Shown: piece by piece, positions 13,124-25,494 of the stretch
How the letters are laid out: each line of letters starts with the position of its first letter
How positions within the stretch are numbered: the stretch's first letter is position 1
Origin: Eledone cirrhosa
Lineage: Eukaryota
DNA length: 64,000 nucleotides
Direction: 5' to 3'
Assembly: GCA_964016885.1 (NCBI GenBank)
Contig: OZ024747.1
Coordinates: 92,070,001-92,134,000, forward strand
Program-made: the position numbers and the translations under genes
The notes under the pieces: generated by a model
Seen by the model: the letters and a program-made list of their open reading frames with translations, nothing else
Told to the model about the DNA's origin: nothing
The model's database searches: none

Positions 13124-13217
13124 TTGTGTGCGTGTGTGTATATATATATATGTATATACAGTATATATGTGTGTGTGTGTATGTATATATGTATATATAT
13201 ATATGTGTGTATGTGTG

Positions 13218-13268
<51 letters not shown>

Positions 13269-14261
13269 GTATATGTGTGTGTGTATGTATATGTATATAT
13301 ATATATGTGGTTGTGTGTGTATATATATATATATATGTATATATATATGTGTGTGTGTGTGTGTGTTTTATTTGTGCTTCTCTCTCCTGTTTTTCTATAT
13401 AGGAGATAACATTGATAGCGAATGCAATAAAACTACTGTTGTTGATGGAGTAGAACCTTGCAATATAAGAAATATATATTAAATTCATATGATCTACCTC
13501 TTCAATTTTTATTTGACAGTCTATAATGTTTGAACTCCATATATTTATGTTATAGTGTAAACCTGGTTGAGGTATGCTTCCGAAAGGGATGTGTATACAA
13601 TTTCTATCCTTTTACTCATTTTTACTTAATTTTTTTTTTCTTTCTTTGCATATTTTTTTATTTTTGTTATTTTCTTATTTGTTTCTAATTTTGAAATATT
13701 TGATAAATATGAGCGTTACAGATTAAGTATTTACTGAAAGTAAAAGAACCTGCATCACACGGTAATTTTTTTAAATTTTCGGATTTTATATATATATATA
13801 TATATATATATAAATTTCGGTTTATAAATAAATTTTTTTTTTTTAATATATATATATATAATAAAAAAAAAAATTATTATTTACAAACTGAAATTTAAAA
13901 GGTAAAAGGTTCGGAAGAGATGGTTTATACATTATATATAAAAACTAAGAAAATTGTCATCATTGAGAAAAGTTATTACTGTTAATGTATAGAGAATAGG
14001 GACGTATGTGGGGGAGCAGATTAAAGTAGATCTTTATAGTGATGGAGATAACAAAGGAGAGAAAGTTATACAGGATAGAAACAAAGGGGCATAGGTTTAA
14101 AGAGGCTTTCCTTATGTTGTGGGCACACAGAGGTGGAAGTAATGATGATGATGGTGATGATGGTGGTTGTGGTGGTGTTAGTGATGGTAATGGTGGTGGT
14201 GTTGATGATGATGAGAAAGAGGAGGGGGAGGTTGGTGTTGGTGATGGTGATGTGGTTGATC

Positions 14262-14292
<31 letters not shown>

Positions 14293-14641
14293 GTTGGGTG
14301 TATGTGTATATGTATATCTAGGTATATATGTATATATATATTTATTAAAATAGAATTTTGGGAAAATTCTTTCAAAGGGGTATGATACATAGCCTTTTCT
14401 ATTGCTTATAATAATTTACTCCATTTTCAGCTGTGTTTAACTTCTCCGCCTACCTTTATTATCTTTTATATTGTTTTTGTAAAAAACGATATTTATTTCA
14501 TATATTACATATATACATTAACACTTCACACAAAGTAAAACATTTCGTTTTAATCATTTTCTAACCCAGAAAAGAGAGAGTGAGAAACAAAAAAGGAAAA
14601 AAAAATATTTTTCTTCCTAATAATCGTCTCTTTCTCCCTGT

Positions 14642-14678
<37 letters not shown>

Positions 14679-14680
14679 TG

Positions 14681-14731
14681 AGATTCTACAGGACTAGAAC
14701 TGTTTCATTCTTTAGAAATCATCAGGAATCT
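14681..14731 (-). ncRNA. Type I hammerhead ribozyme (family H1)
   Basis: AGATTC-CTGATGA-TTTCTAAAGAAT-GAAACAG-TTCTAGTC-CTGTA^GAATCT: 6-bp stem I, stem III ACAG/CTGT, GUA cleavage triplet. Confidence 0.85.
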
Positions 14732-14783
14732 GGATAATGTCTTTCTCCATCTCTCTCCCTCTCTCTCACTCTCTCTCTCTCTA

Positions 14784-14874
<91 letters not shown>

Positions 14875-15113
14875 TTTGTCATGTGAGTGTTGTCATGCTG
14901 GGGCCATTAACACCAGGATATATTTCAATATGTTGTCTATTTGATTGAATGCCTCTATTGAAATTAACATGCTGGTGTATGTATTGCATGTTTACAACAG
15001 TATACAGACACAGAAACATTGTCAATCACACAGACTAGCCGCACCTCACATATTTCTATTCGTGTTGGTGTTTGTGTATGCGTGAGTGCATGTGTATGTA
15101 CATATATATGTAT

Positions 15114-15224
<111 letters not shown>

Positions 15225-15361
15225 TATATATATATATGTATATATATAAGTATATATGTATATATGTATATATATGTATATAAGTATATAAGTATATATT
15301 ATATAAGTATATAAGTATATATGTATATATATGTATATATATAAGTATATAAGTATATATG

Positions 15362-15395
<34 letters not shown>

Positions 15396-15396
15396 A

Positions 15397-15854
15397 GAAC
15401 ATTTATTATAATGCTCGGTGTGTTTGTAAACAAACATCCCGAATCAAGCCGTACAGTGTCTAGCAACCATTGTTGCTCATTTGTTCAATCCTAACAAAGG
15501 AACGATGTACTAGTTTCAAGCTTATTAGCTATCGTCAGCAACGTATACCTTCCTGCCAGATGGTTGAACGTCTGAAAGTATATACTTTCCTTATGCATAT
15601 TAACAGCTGATTAACTCACTCGATATGCAAATTAGGCTGCTCAGCCGTTAATATGCATAAGGAAAGTATATACTTTCAGATGTTCAACCATCTGGCAGGA
15701 AGGTATACGTTGCTGACGATAGCTAATAAGCTTGAAACTAGTACAGCGTTCCTTTGTCAGTGTTGAACAAATGAGCAACGTTGGTTTCTAGACACTGTAC
15801 GGCTTAATTCGGGATGTTTGTTTACAAACACACCAAGCATTATAATAAATGTTC
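15397..15854. repeat. Fold-back element with about 214-bp arms and a 30-bp spacer (15611-15640), flanked by TA-rich tracts
   Basis: Arms are reverse-complementary with scattered mismatches. Confidence 0.95.
15708..15748 (+). ncRNA. Minimal type I hammerhead ribozyme (mirror copy 15503-15543 on the minus strand)
   Basis: CGTTG-CTGACGA-TAGCT-AATA-AGCTT-GAAA-CTAG-TA^CAGCG; palindromic stem III ACTAGT. Confidence 0.88.
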
Positions 15855-16037
15855 GGTGAATCCATACGTACATATATATATGTGTGCATGTATGTATATA
15901 TATATATATACATACTACTGCACGTCTGTATTCATATATGTATGTACGTATACATACTTATATTTAAGTAACAGCCGTACTAAGAGTGAGAAATGAAATT
16001 TCGTTTCATTTTTTGCGTTCATATATATATATATATA

Positions 16038-16083
<46 letters not shown>

Positions 16084-17197
16084 TATGTATATGTATATAT
16101 AAGTATGTATATATATATAAGTATGTATATATAAGTATGTATATTTATATATATATATATATATGCATGTGTGTGTGTGCCTGCACACGTGTGTATGTGC
16201 ACTTTATATATATATGTGTGTGTCTGTAAATCAAATTCGTAACCTCACGATTGCGAATCCAATTCTCTAACCACTAAGCCACGCGACTTCAGGAATAATA
16301 GGTGCCATATCTATTGACTGCCAAAGAAAGATATGTAAAGTTAACCTCGACAGGATTTGAACTCTGAACGTAGAGAGTTAAAACAAATGACGCAAACAAT
16401 TTATCCGACGTTTAATGGCTATCCGAATGTTCCATTTGACAATAGAAATAAAGAACTAAAATTATATTAAATGATGAAAAAAGATATTCCTAAAAGTATG
16501 CAACGCCAGTTGTTCACAGCAGAGTAAATTCTTCTTGTACCTATAATTCCTGATGGTGTCGTAAGATTGATGTTGTAACATACGGCGTTTCTTGGACAGT
16601 TATTAAACAAGGCAGCGCCCATCTTCTCTCAATGTCTGAACACAAACGATTTCTTCCAGAGAAACTGATAGAAACTGATAGAAAGGCAGTTTGAAAGAGA
16701 TATATAGGAAGAATCAACCTCAGTACTAGACTGGTGCTTTCTTTTTTCGATCCCGAAGGGATATAAGGTAAATTGACCTCGGCGAAATTTAAACTCAAAG
16801 CTCCGTGACTGAACAAATGCCGAAAATCAGTCTAGCCGACGTTCAGACGACTTAGTCATCTCGCCGCCATGATGTAATTAAATATGCATAATAGATTAGT
16901 TAAGTTAGAATTATATTTTCGAGAAGTGTTATCAAAATTATGACAAACATTAGTAACACGATTAATCTTAATTAATATTAATATATAACTCCCACTTTCA
17001 TTTTCTGTTATAAAATTCGTATTAATAATAAAATTTTCTGAATAGATTTCTGTTGCAGTATGTTTACAAACGCGTGCACATACAAAGACAAATTCATTTT
17101 CACACAAGTCAAATTATTTCCTCCGGTCATGAAAATTTAAGAAACTGTATACAGTGAAAATTAAGTAAGTATATGAAATCTTAAAACATTTTATTAA

Positions 17198-17234
<37 letters not shown>

Positions 17235-17443
17235 ATATATATATTATGTGTGTGTGTGTGTGTGTACTGGCATCACAACTAGTTGGTAATTCATGACCAG
17301 CAACATATTCCCATGATTGCATAACTACATATATCGTCGTATGAGAATCTGATGAAGTCACCTGCCAACCATGTAACAAAAATATATATCATGCAATAAC
17401 GCAATTATGGTTAAGTAATCCCGCCTTAACTACTTCAAATTTC

Positions 17444-17536
<93 letters not shown>

Positions 17537-18871
17537 GAGAGAGAGAGAAAGAGAGAAATTTACAAAATTATTATTTAAAAACAACGTAGTCCAGAGGAGT
17601 GGGAATAACATTTATTGAGTAACACTTACGCGTGTTTCATCGTATGTATTACGCATAAGTCTTGGATCGCTAATATTTGATTATCAAATTAACTCGCATC
17701 TTGAAGGATGCAGTGGGGCTAGCTCGGTACCGCCAGCCATGGAGGTCATTAATGGACCTTATCAGTTCTACGCACGATGACGCCTCTGGAATCGCTGACA
17801 TAGAATAACCCCAGTCCTATCGAGCAAGAGCAAGCAAAAGAGAAAAAGGACATCATCCCTATTGCTGCCATTCCAACAAAAGCTGTAGTAACAACTACGT
17901 CTAGACATTCCTAGCCAGAATATCAACCTTTAGCAAATCACAATTACACGTTTGAAGTAGGATAACATAGATAAGACTTTTCTCTTATATGTCAATGTGA
18001 CCGTTGATTTTTCGGGAGGGGGGGGGGGGCATGACTATATATATCTATTGGGGATTTTTCTTCGTTTTCAATTTTTGTTTTATTACATTTTTTTGTTATT
18101 CCTCATTTCCGCGCCTTTTTATGTAAATCGATATTTTTGTAAATCCTCGTGTTTGAAAATGAAATCACTATTATTACTATTATTAACAATCCCTTTTCTC
18201 TTCAATTAGGGACTTTTATACAAATCAGCTGACGATAAACATCCCCTGCTGGCAAAGCTTTCTCTATTGATTGTAGTGGTAACACCTCCCATTCGTTGTG
18301 TTCTATTTCACCATTGTTTAGAATTTATGCATTTAAACATTTTATATTCCTCGTGTTCCACCTTTCAGTAAATTCCTCTCTCTATTTTCTGTATCAAATG
18401 AACAATTTGTTTATAGTAATGGCTGTAATGAAGTGCACAGTTTTATGAATGTTCCATGTAACTGAAATCGAGAAAATGTTGAATCCACCATGTTTAGAAA
18501 TCAAACTAAAAGATAAAAGATTAATTCACCACTGAAAGATCAAGCAAACTCTTAAATAAAATTACACAAAAACAAAAAACGTATTGAAATGGATCAATGA
18601 ATATCCAAATGAATAATTATCGATTATATAGGTAACTGGTTACAATTTTATCATAAATATGAAATATGAAAGTGTGTTGAGTACGCTTTTCAAAGATAAG
18701 AACAACATCTTTGTAAATGGATGTTGTCGGAAAGTGGGTCACGAATTCAAACCTACAGGAGCTTAGTAAATAAAAAGACGTAAAGATTAAATTTAAAAAA
18801 ACACATTATTTCGTTTCACATTTTCTATTTCTGTTAACCCACGTTCAGATATATATATGTGTGTGTGTGTA

Positions 18872-19070
18872 GTCAGGGCATTCTCCTAGTAGAAGGCAAC
18901 TCAGGAAACTGGGATAACTCCGATATAAAACCTGCAGCTCAGTAGTTACCGATGATGTTGATCTTTTCTTCTTTTCGGGTTATAGCTACTGTCGCTCAGA
19001 GAGTGGGATTAGTTCAGTGCACAGTCATTCTTCACTTTTAAAAAAATCTTCACGCACAGGCATTGCAAAA
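18872..19070 (+). mobile_element. Interspersed repeat resembling an RTE 5' UTR (longer copies at 25640-26150 and 61793-62270)
   Basis: Shared blocks ACTCGGATATAAAACCTGC, GATGATGTTGA and CTCAGAGAGTGGG in three copies; the RTE assignment is inferred. Confidence 0.6.
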
Positions 19071-19414
19071 TAGAATTAATTAATAATTATTAATAATGTT
19101 ATATTGTGCAATGGCCATATTCGATAATGAAGGGGCAGCCATCATGCTTGTATGTAAATGTAAGTATGCAAAGAGCGAGACATGAAATTCTAATTTCATT
19201 TTACATATATATATATGTCAAACATTTTCCTGAGTCGGTTTTTTTTCGTTGTTCTGGTCCTAGCGGCTCGCTTATCGGTCGCTGTCTTCAAGTTGCATAG
19301 CTGTCTAAACTCTAAGGTAAAATTCCTTATTGAGTGCTTTAGTTGCACATCCCGACTGCATTCGTTAGCTTGCTGCAACGAGGGCTTCGATTATGCTGTA
19401 CTTCCTTCTTGTAT

Positions 19415-19608
19415 ATCAGATAGGGTGTGGTAAAAACCAGCTAAACCATAACACCCAGAGTACTCGATACTTGCGGTAGTAGAGTGGGTAATATGAAAGC
19501 ACTCAGAACCCCGACGGCTGAGCTCCAGTCGTTTCGACAGCTAGATCCGAAATGTTCGGATCTAACTGTCAAAACAGCCGGAGCTCAGCCGTCGGGGTCC
19601 TGCATCTG

Positions 19609-19612
<4 letters not shown>
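19415..19612 (-). mobile_element. Family H3 fold-back element (other copies 10290-10405, 20628-20845, 25248-25455, 25495-25552)
   Basis: Inverted arms ACCCCGACGGC.GAGCTC...TTTCGAC plus a one-sided tail GAGTACTCGATACTT..GGTAGTAGAGTGGGT. Confidence 0.85.
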
Positions 19613-19695
<83 letters not shown>

Positions 19696-19739
19696 AAGTT
19701 AAATAAAAGTCAAATGATTAAAATTTAGCTTCGTTTATT

Positions 19740-19794
19740 ACTGCTATATATATTTCAGTGACAGCCATCTTTGGCTGTGACCTCTTCAGGCAGT
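19740..19794 (-). ncRNA. Type I hammerhead ribozyme (family H4)
   Basis: ACTGC-CTGAAGA-GGTCACAGCCA-AAGA-TGGCTGTCACT-GAAA-TATATATA^GCAGT, followed by AATAAA. Confidence 0.88.
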
Positions 19795-20206
19795 TTGAAT
19801 TAGTATGGTATAGACAAGTACATATGTTGTTTAGGTGTATGATATTGTCATTACTCTGATATGCCCAGTTCCTTGCTGGGTTGTTAATTCACTGGGGAAC
19901 TGGAGTCATATGAATTCAAACAAACGAATTTTCGTGTCACAGGTCCCCTTCTCCTCTCATTGGTCAGTTATTAGTGTTGTCATTGTTGGAGTTAGCTTAA
20001 AAATTGATAAAATGGTAGAAGGGACAAGGTGTTGAAGGGACAAAATATCAAAAAATGTGTCAAACTTCCCATTGTTCAGTTCTGAGAGCATTCCTCAGTC
20101 AGAAGTCTATAGAATTCTTTCTGGGGTGAGGCTCCCTGTGGTGTTTATGCCTGCTATTGTTCAGTACATTTGACCTCCACCATTATTTTGGTACTGTTGT
20201 TGTTGT

Positions 20207-20350
20207 AGTGATCAGCTTATACCTTGCTGCTGCTAACTTGTTAGCAGCAGCAAGGTATAAGCTGACCACTTATATATATTTAAATATATATTTATTTAAA
20301 TATATATAACTTGTTAGCAGCAGCAAGGTATAAGCTGACCACTTATATAT
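20207..20350. repeat. 31-bp-arm hairpin with a tandem re-copy of one arm, marking the truncated end of the 19690-20240 element
   Basis: AGTGATCAGCTTATACCTTGCTGCTGCTAAC-TT-GTTAGCAGCAGCAAGGTATAAGCTGACCACT; the right arm recurs at about 20307. Confidence 0.9.
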
Positions 20351-20455
20351 ATTTAAATATATATATATTTAAATATATATATATTTAAATATATATATAT
20401 TTAAATATATATATATATCCGCCCGTCTCCTCAATATATCTTATTTCTCATTCTT

Positions 20456-20491
20456 TCTTCTGATGAAGGACTAGCGTCCGAAACGTTAAGA
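20456..20491 (+). ncRNA. Minimal hammerhead motif (family H5); mutated copy at about 29889-29924 on the minus strand
   Basis: TCTT-CTGATGA-A-GGAC-TAGC-GTCC-GAAACGTT^AAGA; palindromic AACGTT as stem III. Confidence 0.8.
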
Positions 20492-20575
20492 CCCTCTTCC
20501 TGCTATATGAAGCGTTAACCTAATATATCCCTTTGATATACTGTACCGATTGTTTTGTTATTTCCCTTTACCTTT

Positions 20576-20626
<51 letters not shown>

Positions 20627-21215
20627 CTATAACGAAGGGTGTGTTATAAGGACCATAATGCACCAGAGTAATCGATACTTTGGGTAGTAGAGTGGGTGTA
20701 TATATATATAGAAAAAGGGTCAGGACCCCAACGGCAGAGCTCAAGCCATTTCGACGGCTATTTCTGGACTAGAAAAAAAAAATACCCGTCGAAATGGTTT
20801 GAGCTCTGCCGTCGGGGTCCTGACCCTTTTCCTATATATATATATAAACATGTGTGTGTGTGTGTGTGTGTGTGTTTACGTGTATATCAATCATGCATAC
20901 ATATGTACGCTTATGCATGCATACATGCATGTTATTTTTCTTTCACATATAAAATGCATCACATATGAAAAATAATCATTTACACATACACACATACACA
21001 GACTTGGTCGCACATATAACCATCTTTCAAGGTAAGCAATTTTGTGTTACTGGTACTTTATTTCATCGATCTCGTATGGCTGAAAGGCAAAGGTAGCCTC
21101 GACGGGATTCGGACTTAGAACGTAAAGGGCCGCAACTATATACCGCAAAGTATGTTGCCTGACGCACTATCGATACTGCCAACATACAGCCCATGATATA
21201 TCTACATGTATGTAT

Positions 21216-21261
<46 letters not shown>

Positions 21262-21263
<2 letters not shown>

Positions 21264-22105
21264 CTGTTTTTTGACCGCTCATGAAATTCACCCAGCTTAT
21301 GCTGACCGGATAACCATCATGGTGCTTGCTGTTTTCCAACCTTCGGTTTGCTTTTCCTTCTATGTTGTTTACTTGTCTCACTCGCTTTACGCGATTCACT
21401 TGTCCCAATAGCTTATTTTAGTTATTGCTCGCACCAACCTGAGGTATCTGATTTTTAATGCGATGAAATACCAATGATGGTTGGCAAATCATGGATAGGG
21501 ACTAATTTTATAATATGTAACCCATGTGCAACCACGCAGTATTCACCTTTCTTCCCATGTTTCTCATACATATTTACCGCGACTGCGATTATCTGTTTCT
21601 CTCTTTCTCTCTTACTGCTCCCCCGTTCTCTCTGTTTTTCTCACCTTCTTTCGCCCCCTCTGTCAGTTACACTTTCTCTCGCTATTCCTCGCACTTCCAC
21701 TCACTCACTCTCTGTTTCTCCCCTTCTCACTTCCTCCCGTTCGTTAGTAGTGGGGTTCTTTCTTTCTCACATCTCATTCACGGCGAACGGTCTGTTTTCT
21801 GACCGCTCATGAAATTCACCCAGCTTAAGCTGACCGGATAACCATCATGTTGCTTGCTGTTTTCCAACCTTCGGTTTGCTTTTCCTTCTATGTTGTTTAC
21901 TTGTCTCACTCGCTTTACGCGTTTCACTTGTCCCAATAGCTTATTTTAGTTATTGCTCGCACCAACCTGAGGTATCTGATTTTTAATGCGATGAAATACC
22001 AATGATGGTTGGCAAATCACTGATGAGGGACTAATTTTATAATATGTAATAATATAATATGTAACCCATGTGCAACCACGCAGTATTCCCCTTTCTTCCC
22101 ATGTT

Positions 22106-22110
<5 letters not shown>
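21262..22110 (+). repeat. Partial tandem duplication (528-bp period) between two (TA)n tracts; diverged relative at about 54515-54738
   Basis: GACCGCTCATGAAATTCACC at 21273 and 21801, followed by about 300 bp of near identity. Confidence 0.92.
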
Positions 22111-22179
<69 letters not shown>

Positions 22180-22802
22180 ATACCTATTTACTGGGAGCTC
22201 GTATCGTAATCCGGCTGCCATATTTGTCAATGTTATACAAAGAACATATTATTACAATGTGTATTTGCTTGCTGTATATTTTGGCATCTGTTTCAATACG
22301 TATTTACCCACCCACCTACCCCTTTTTGCATGTTCTTTATGCAGCTATCACTTGACAGATTCTACTCCCATTGGACCAATACATCGTTGTTGCTCGAAAA
22401 ACATTATTTCTGTATGAATGCGCATGTATATTTCAATGTGTGTGTGTGCATGTTGCGGGGAATGTGTGCCGAGTGTGTGGGCGTGCTTGTGTATGCCAAT
22501 GCGTTTCAAAGTAGCTTCGTCTGTACGTCCTAGGTGTATCTGTGCGTTTGTGTGCTCGTGCCAATGTGTAAATGCGTTAATGTGTCAGTCAACGTGTGAA
22601 TGGGTGTTTGTATATACTTGCATGTGCGTGTGCAAGTGAGTGTCATATAGCAACGAGAAATTGTGGATAACAAAATAGATAGGGTAGCTAAAGGACCTAT
22701 GGTTCATATCCTGCCATAGACGCAGTACCCATCATAAAGGAACCAGAATCCACCACGGTTTAGTCTAATTCCCTGTAAGAGTTTTTACTAGGCTTGAATT
22801 AA

Positions 22803-22970
22803 TAATTGTTTCTACTTTTGGCACAAGGCCAGCAATTATCCCAGTGCATTACTGGTACTTTATTTTATCGACCCCGTAAGGATGAAAGGCAAAGTTAACT
22901 TCGGCGGGATTTGAACTCAGACCGTGAAGGGTCTTAACTCTATGCTGCAAAGCATAATATCTGTTACGCT
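22803..22970 (-). mobile_element. SINE family A copy (others at about 1285-1385, 10672-10760, 16720-16865, 21030-21182, 24730-24913, 59780-59930)
   Basis: Same Deu/Nin-like core and GTTTCTAC...GGCACAAGGCCAGCAATT tail. Confidence 0.9.
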
Positions 22971-23212
22971 GTGAGTCTATTTTACCAAGACCGGCAAAAT
23001 AGGATCTTCCTTAATTTTTAATACAATATAAAAGGTTGTTAAAAACTTCCACAAGATCCAATGAATATTTATAATCAACAACCTATAAGTTAATCATTGT
23101 CTAATGACTAGTCCTGAACTTTCAATACACACACACACACACACACACACGCGCACACATACACACACACGCGCACACACACACACACGCACATACATAC
23201 ATACATACATAT

Positions 23213-23243
<31 letters not shown>

Positions 23244-23288
23244 GTGACGAAACATAAGTCAATTGCACGAACTCATAATCCTTTATTT

Positions 23289-23344
23289 ACTGCTATATAT
23301 ATTTCGATGATAGCCATTGAATGGCTATGACCTCATCAGGCAGT
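23289..23344 (-). ncRNA. Type I hammerhead ribozyme (family H4, second copy)
   Basis: ACTGC-CTGATGA-GGTCATAGCCA-TTCAA-TGGCTATCATC-GAAA-TATATATA^GCAGT; shows a compensatory C-G to T-A change relative to the 19740 copy. Confidence 0.88.
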
Positions 23345-23611
23345 TAGTCAGTTCTTAGATATGCCAGCTCTGTGTTTATGGTGTTGATGGTATCAGAGCC
23401 TTGGTTCATATATATATATTTTTATACCATAAACGTGGTTTTGTCTTTGCGCGTAATTGTTTTTCACCGCTCCTATAAATGACGTATTATTCGTTTTTTC
23501 CCGTTCTTTGCCAGCGAACGTTACCATGAACCAAAGTATCGTCTTCCTGTCTTCCTCCGGTTGCAACGTTTTTTGAAATATCCAGTTCTGCGTTTACAGA
23601 TTGACTTTGTT

Positions 23612-23662
23612 AGTTTCAGAAGATCCCGTTAAGGGTGAAAGCAGCGATTCTTTGCTTAAACT
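23612..23662 (+). ncRNA. Variant-core hammerhead (family H2)
   Basis: AGTTT-CAGAAGA-T-CCC-GTTAA-GGG-T-GAAA-GCAG-CGATTCT-TTGC-TT^AAACT; all three stems form. Confidence 0.7.
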
Positions 23663-24153
23663 TTAATCTGTTATTTTAATAAATATATATATATATATAT
23701 ATAATGACAAAAACTGAGATACAATAACATTTAATGCTTTGGATGGAAGAGAAAAGAAGTTGAACGTATCGGTCATTAGTCCTTCGTTAGGAGAGGAAAA
23801 GGTGATAGGTTAGGAAAAGAGGGACATATGAGTGTGTGTGTGTGTATACATTGTTTGTGATGGTGTCTAAGTGTGTATGTGTGTGGTTTGTGAATGTATT
23901 TGTCAAATATAAAAGAAATTATTAATGACAAATATGTATCTGTTCACGTGTAAAGGGTTCACGTGTAAATCTTATATAGAATTGGCTTTTACAGGATTAC
24001 GAAACAGTTCTAGTCCTGTAGAATCCATTTCGATATGAAATTTTATGTTTACACTCTACTAATGTATTGAGTACCTTACTTACTGTTAAGCGTTAAACTA
24101 ATATATTCCTTCCATATACTGTACCGATTGTGTTGTTATTTCTGTTTACATTT

Positions 24154-24196
<43 letters not shown>

Positions 24197-25449
24197 TTTT
24201 CAACTTCATCAAAGTTTCTCTCGTTATTTTTCTGATATATATACTGTCCTCCGTGTTTACCTTTGAGTTGATACCAATAAACAAATGTAATAAAATGTAT
24301 ATAATCATAACCTTCCAGTTATGCATGTATATATGTTTCATATAAGTACCATTAATTTGATTTATTTTATAGTTTCTCCTGACATTTTGTAAAGGTCTTT
24401 CAAAGGTCTTTCTAAAATTGAAAATGCCCACTCTATTGCTGTCTTCCAGTCTTGCAGATGAAAGAAATCGCCTGGAGGTTATATATATCATTCTGCTGTG
24501 TAAGGATGCAAGCGCTTATTGTAGATAATTCTGAGAATTAATATATGATTGTTACTGATTGGTAAAAAAAGAAAAAATACAATCACAATATAAACACATT
24601 TCGACAAATTATATGGAGAAATCTACTAAGGGCTTTTGGGCACTTTTGTCTATTGACTGAGAAAGGTGGGGGCGTTATTCGGACCCGTAATTTATATCTA
24701 TTTTATCGATTGTTTTTGGTTACTATTAATAATTGTTTCTACGTTAGGCACAAGGCCAGCAATTATCCAGTGCATTACTGGTACTTTATTGTATCGACCC
24801 CGTAAGGATGAAAGACAAAGTTAACCTTGGCGGGATTTGAACTCAGAATGGCAAGGGCCGTAACTCTATACGTCAAAGCATGGCGTCCGACCCTCTACCG
24901 ATACTGCCAATCCTAATAATGCCTCGATATAATGTGCATTCAGATTAGATCGTTATTTGCTCACTCACCATCATTACAGACCTGTCAACTCTCCCCGTCA
25001 GGCGGGGAGATCTCCTAGCTCTTTTGGGATGGGTGAGAGATGTTTTCTCTTGTGAAAATGGGTATAGCTTTCATTATATAAAATCTCCCCATTTTGCCTC
25101 ATTTTTCCCCGTTTTGGGTCACTTCTTTTTCATGGTACTCCCCGTTCGGGTCTTTAGAGGTTGGAGGGTATGTCATTACAAAGACTAAATTGCTAATAAC
25201 TCATAACAGAATTGCCAGTACGTTTTGAGAGTGTCATATATATATATATAACGAAGGTAGTGTGGTAAGGAACCAGATGGACCATAACGCAACAGAGTAC
25301 TCAATACTTAGGGTAGTAGAGTGGGTAATAGGAAAATGTTCAAGACCCCGACGGCAGAGCTCAAGCCGTTTCGACGGCTATTTCTGGACTGAGTCCAGAA
25401 ATAGCCAACGAAACGGCTTGATCTCTGCCCTCGGGGTCTTGAACATTTT

Positions 25450-25494
<45 letters not shown>

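Noticed and set aside
15397-15854. MITE or DNA transposon interpretation of the palindromes
   Set aside because: Arms are asymmetric in length, single-arm copies exist for several of the families, centres differ between insertions, and the arms contain ribozyme motifs. It cannot be fully excluded for family H3.
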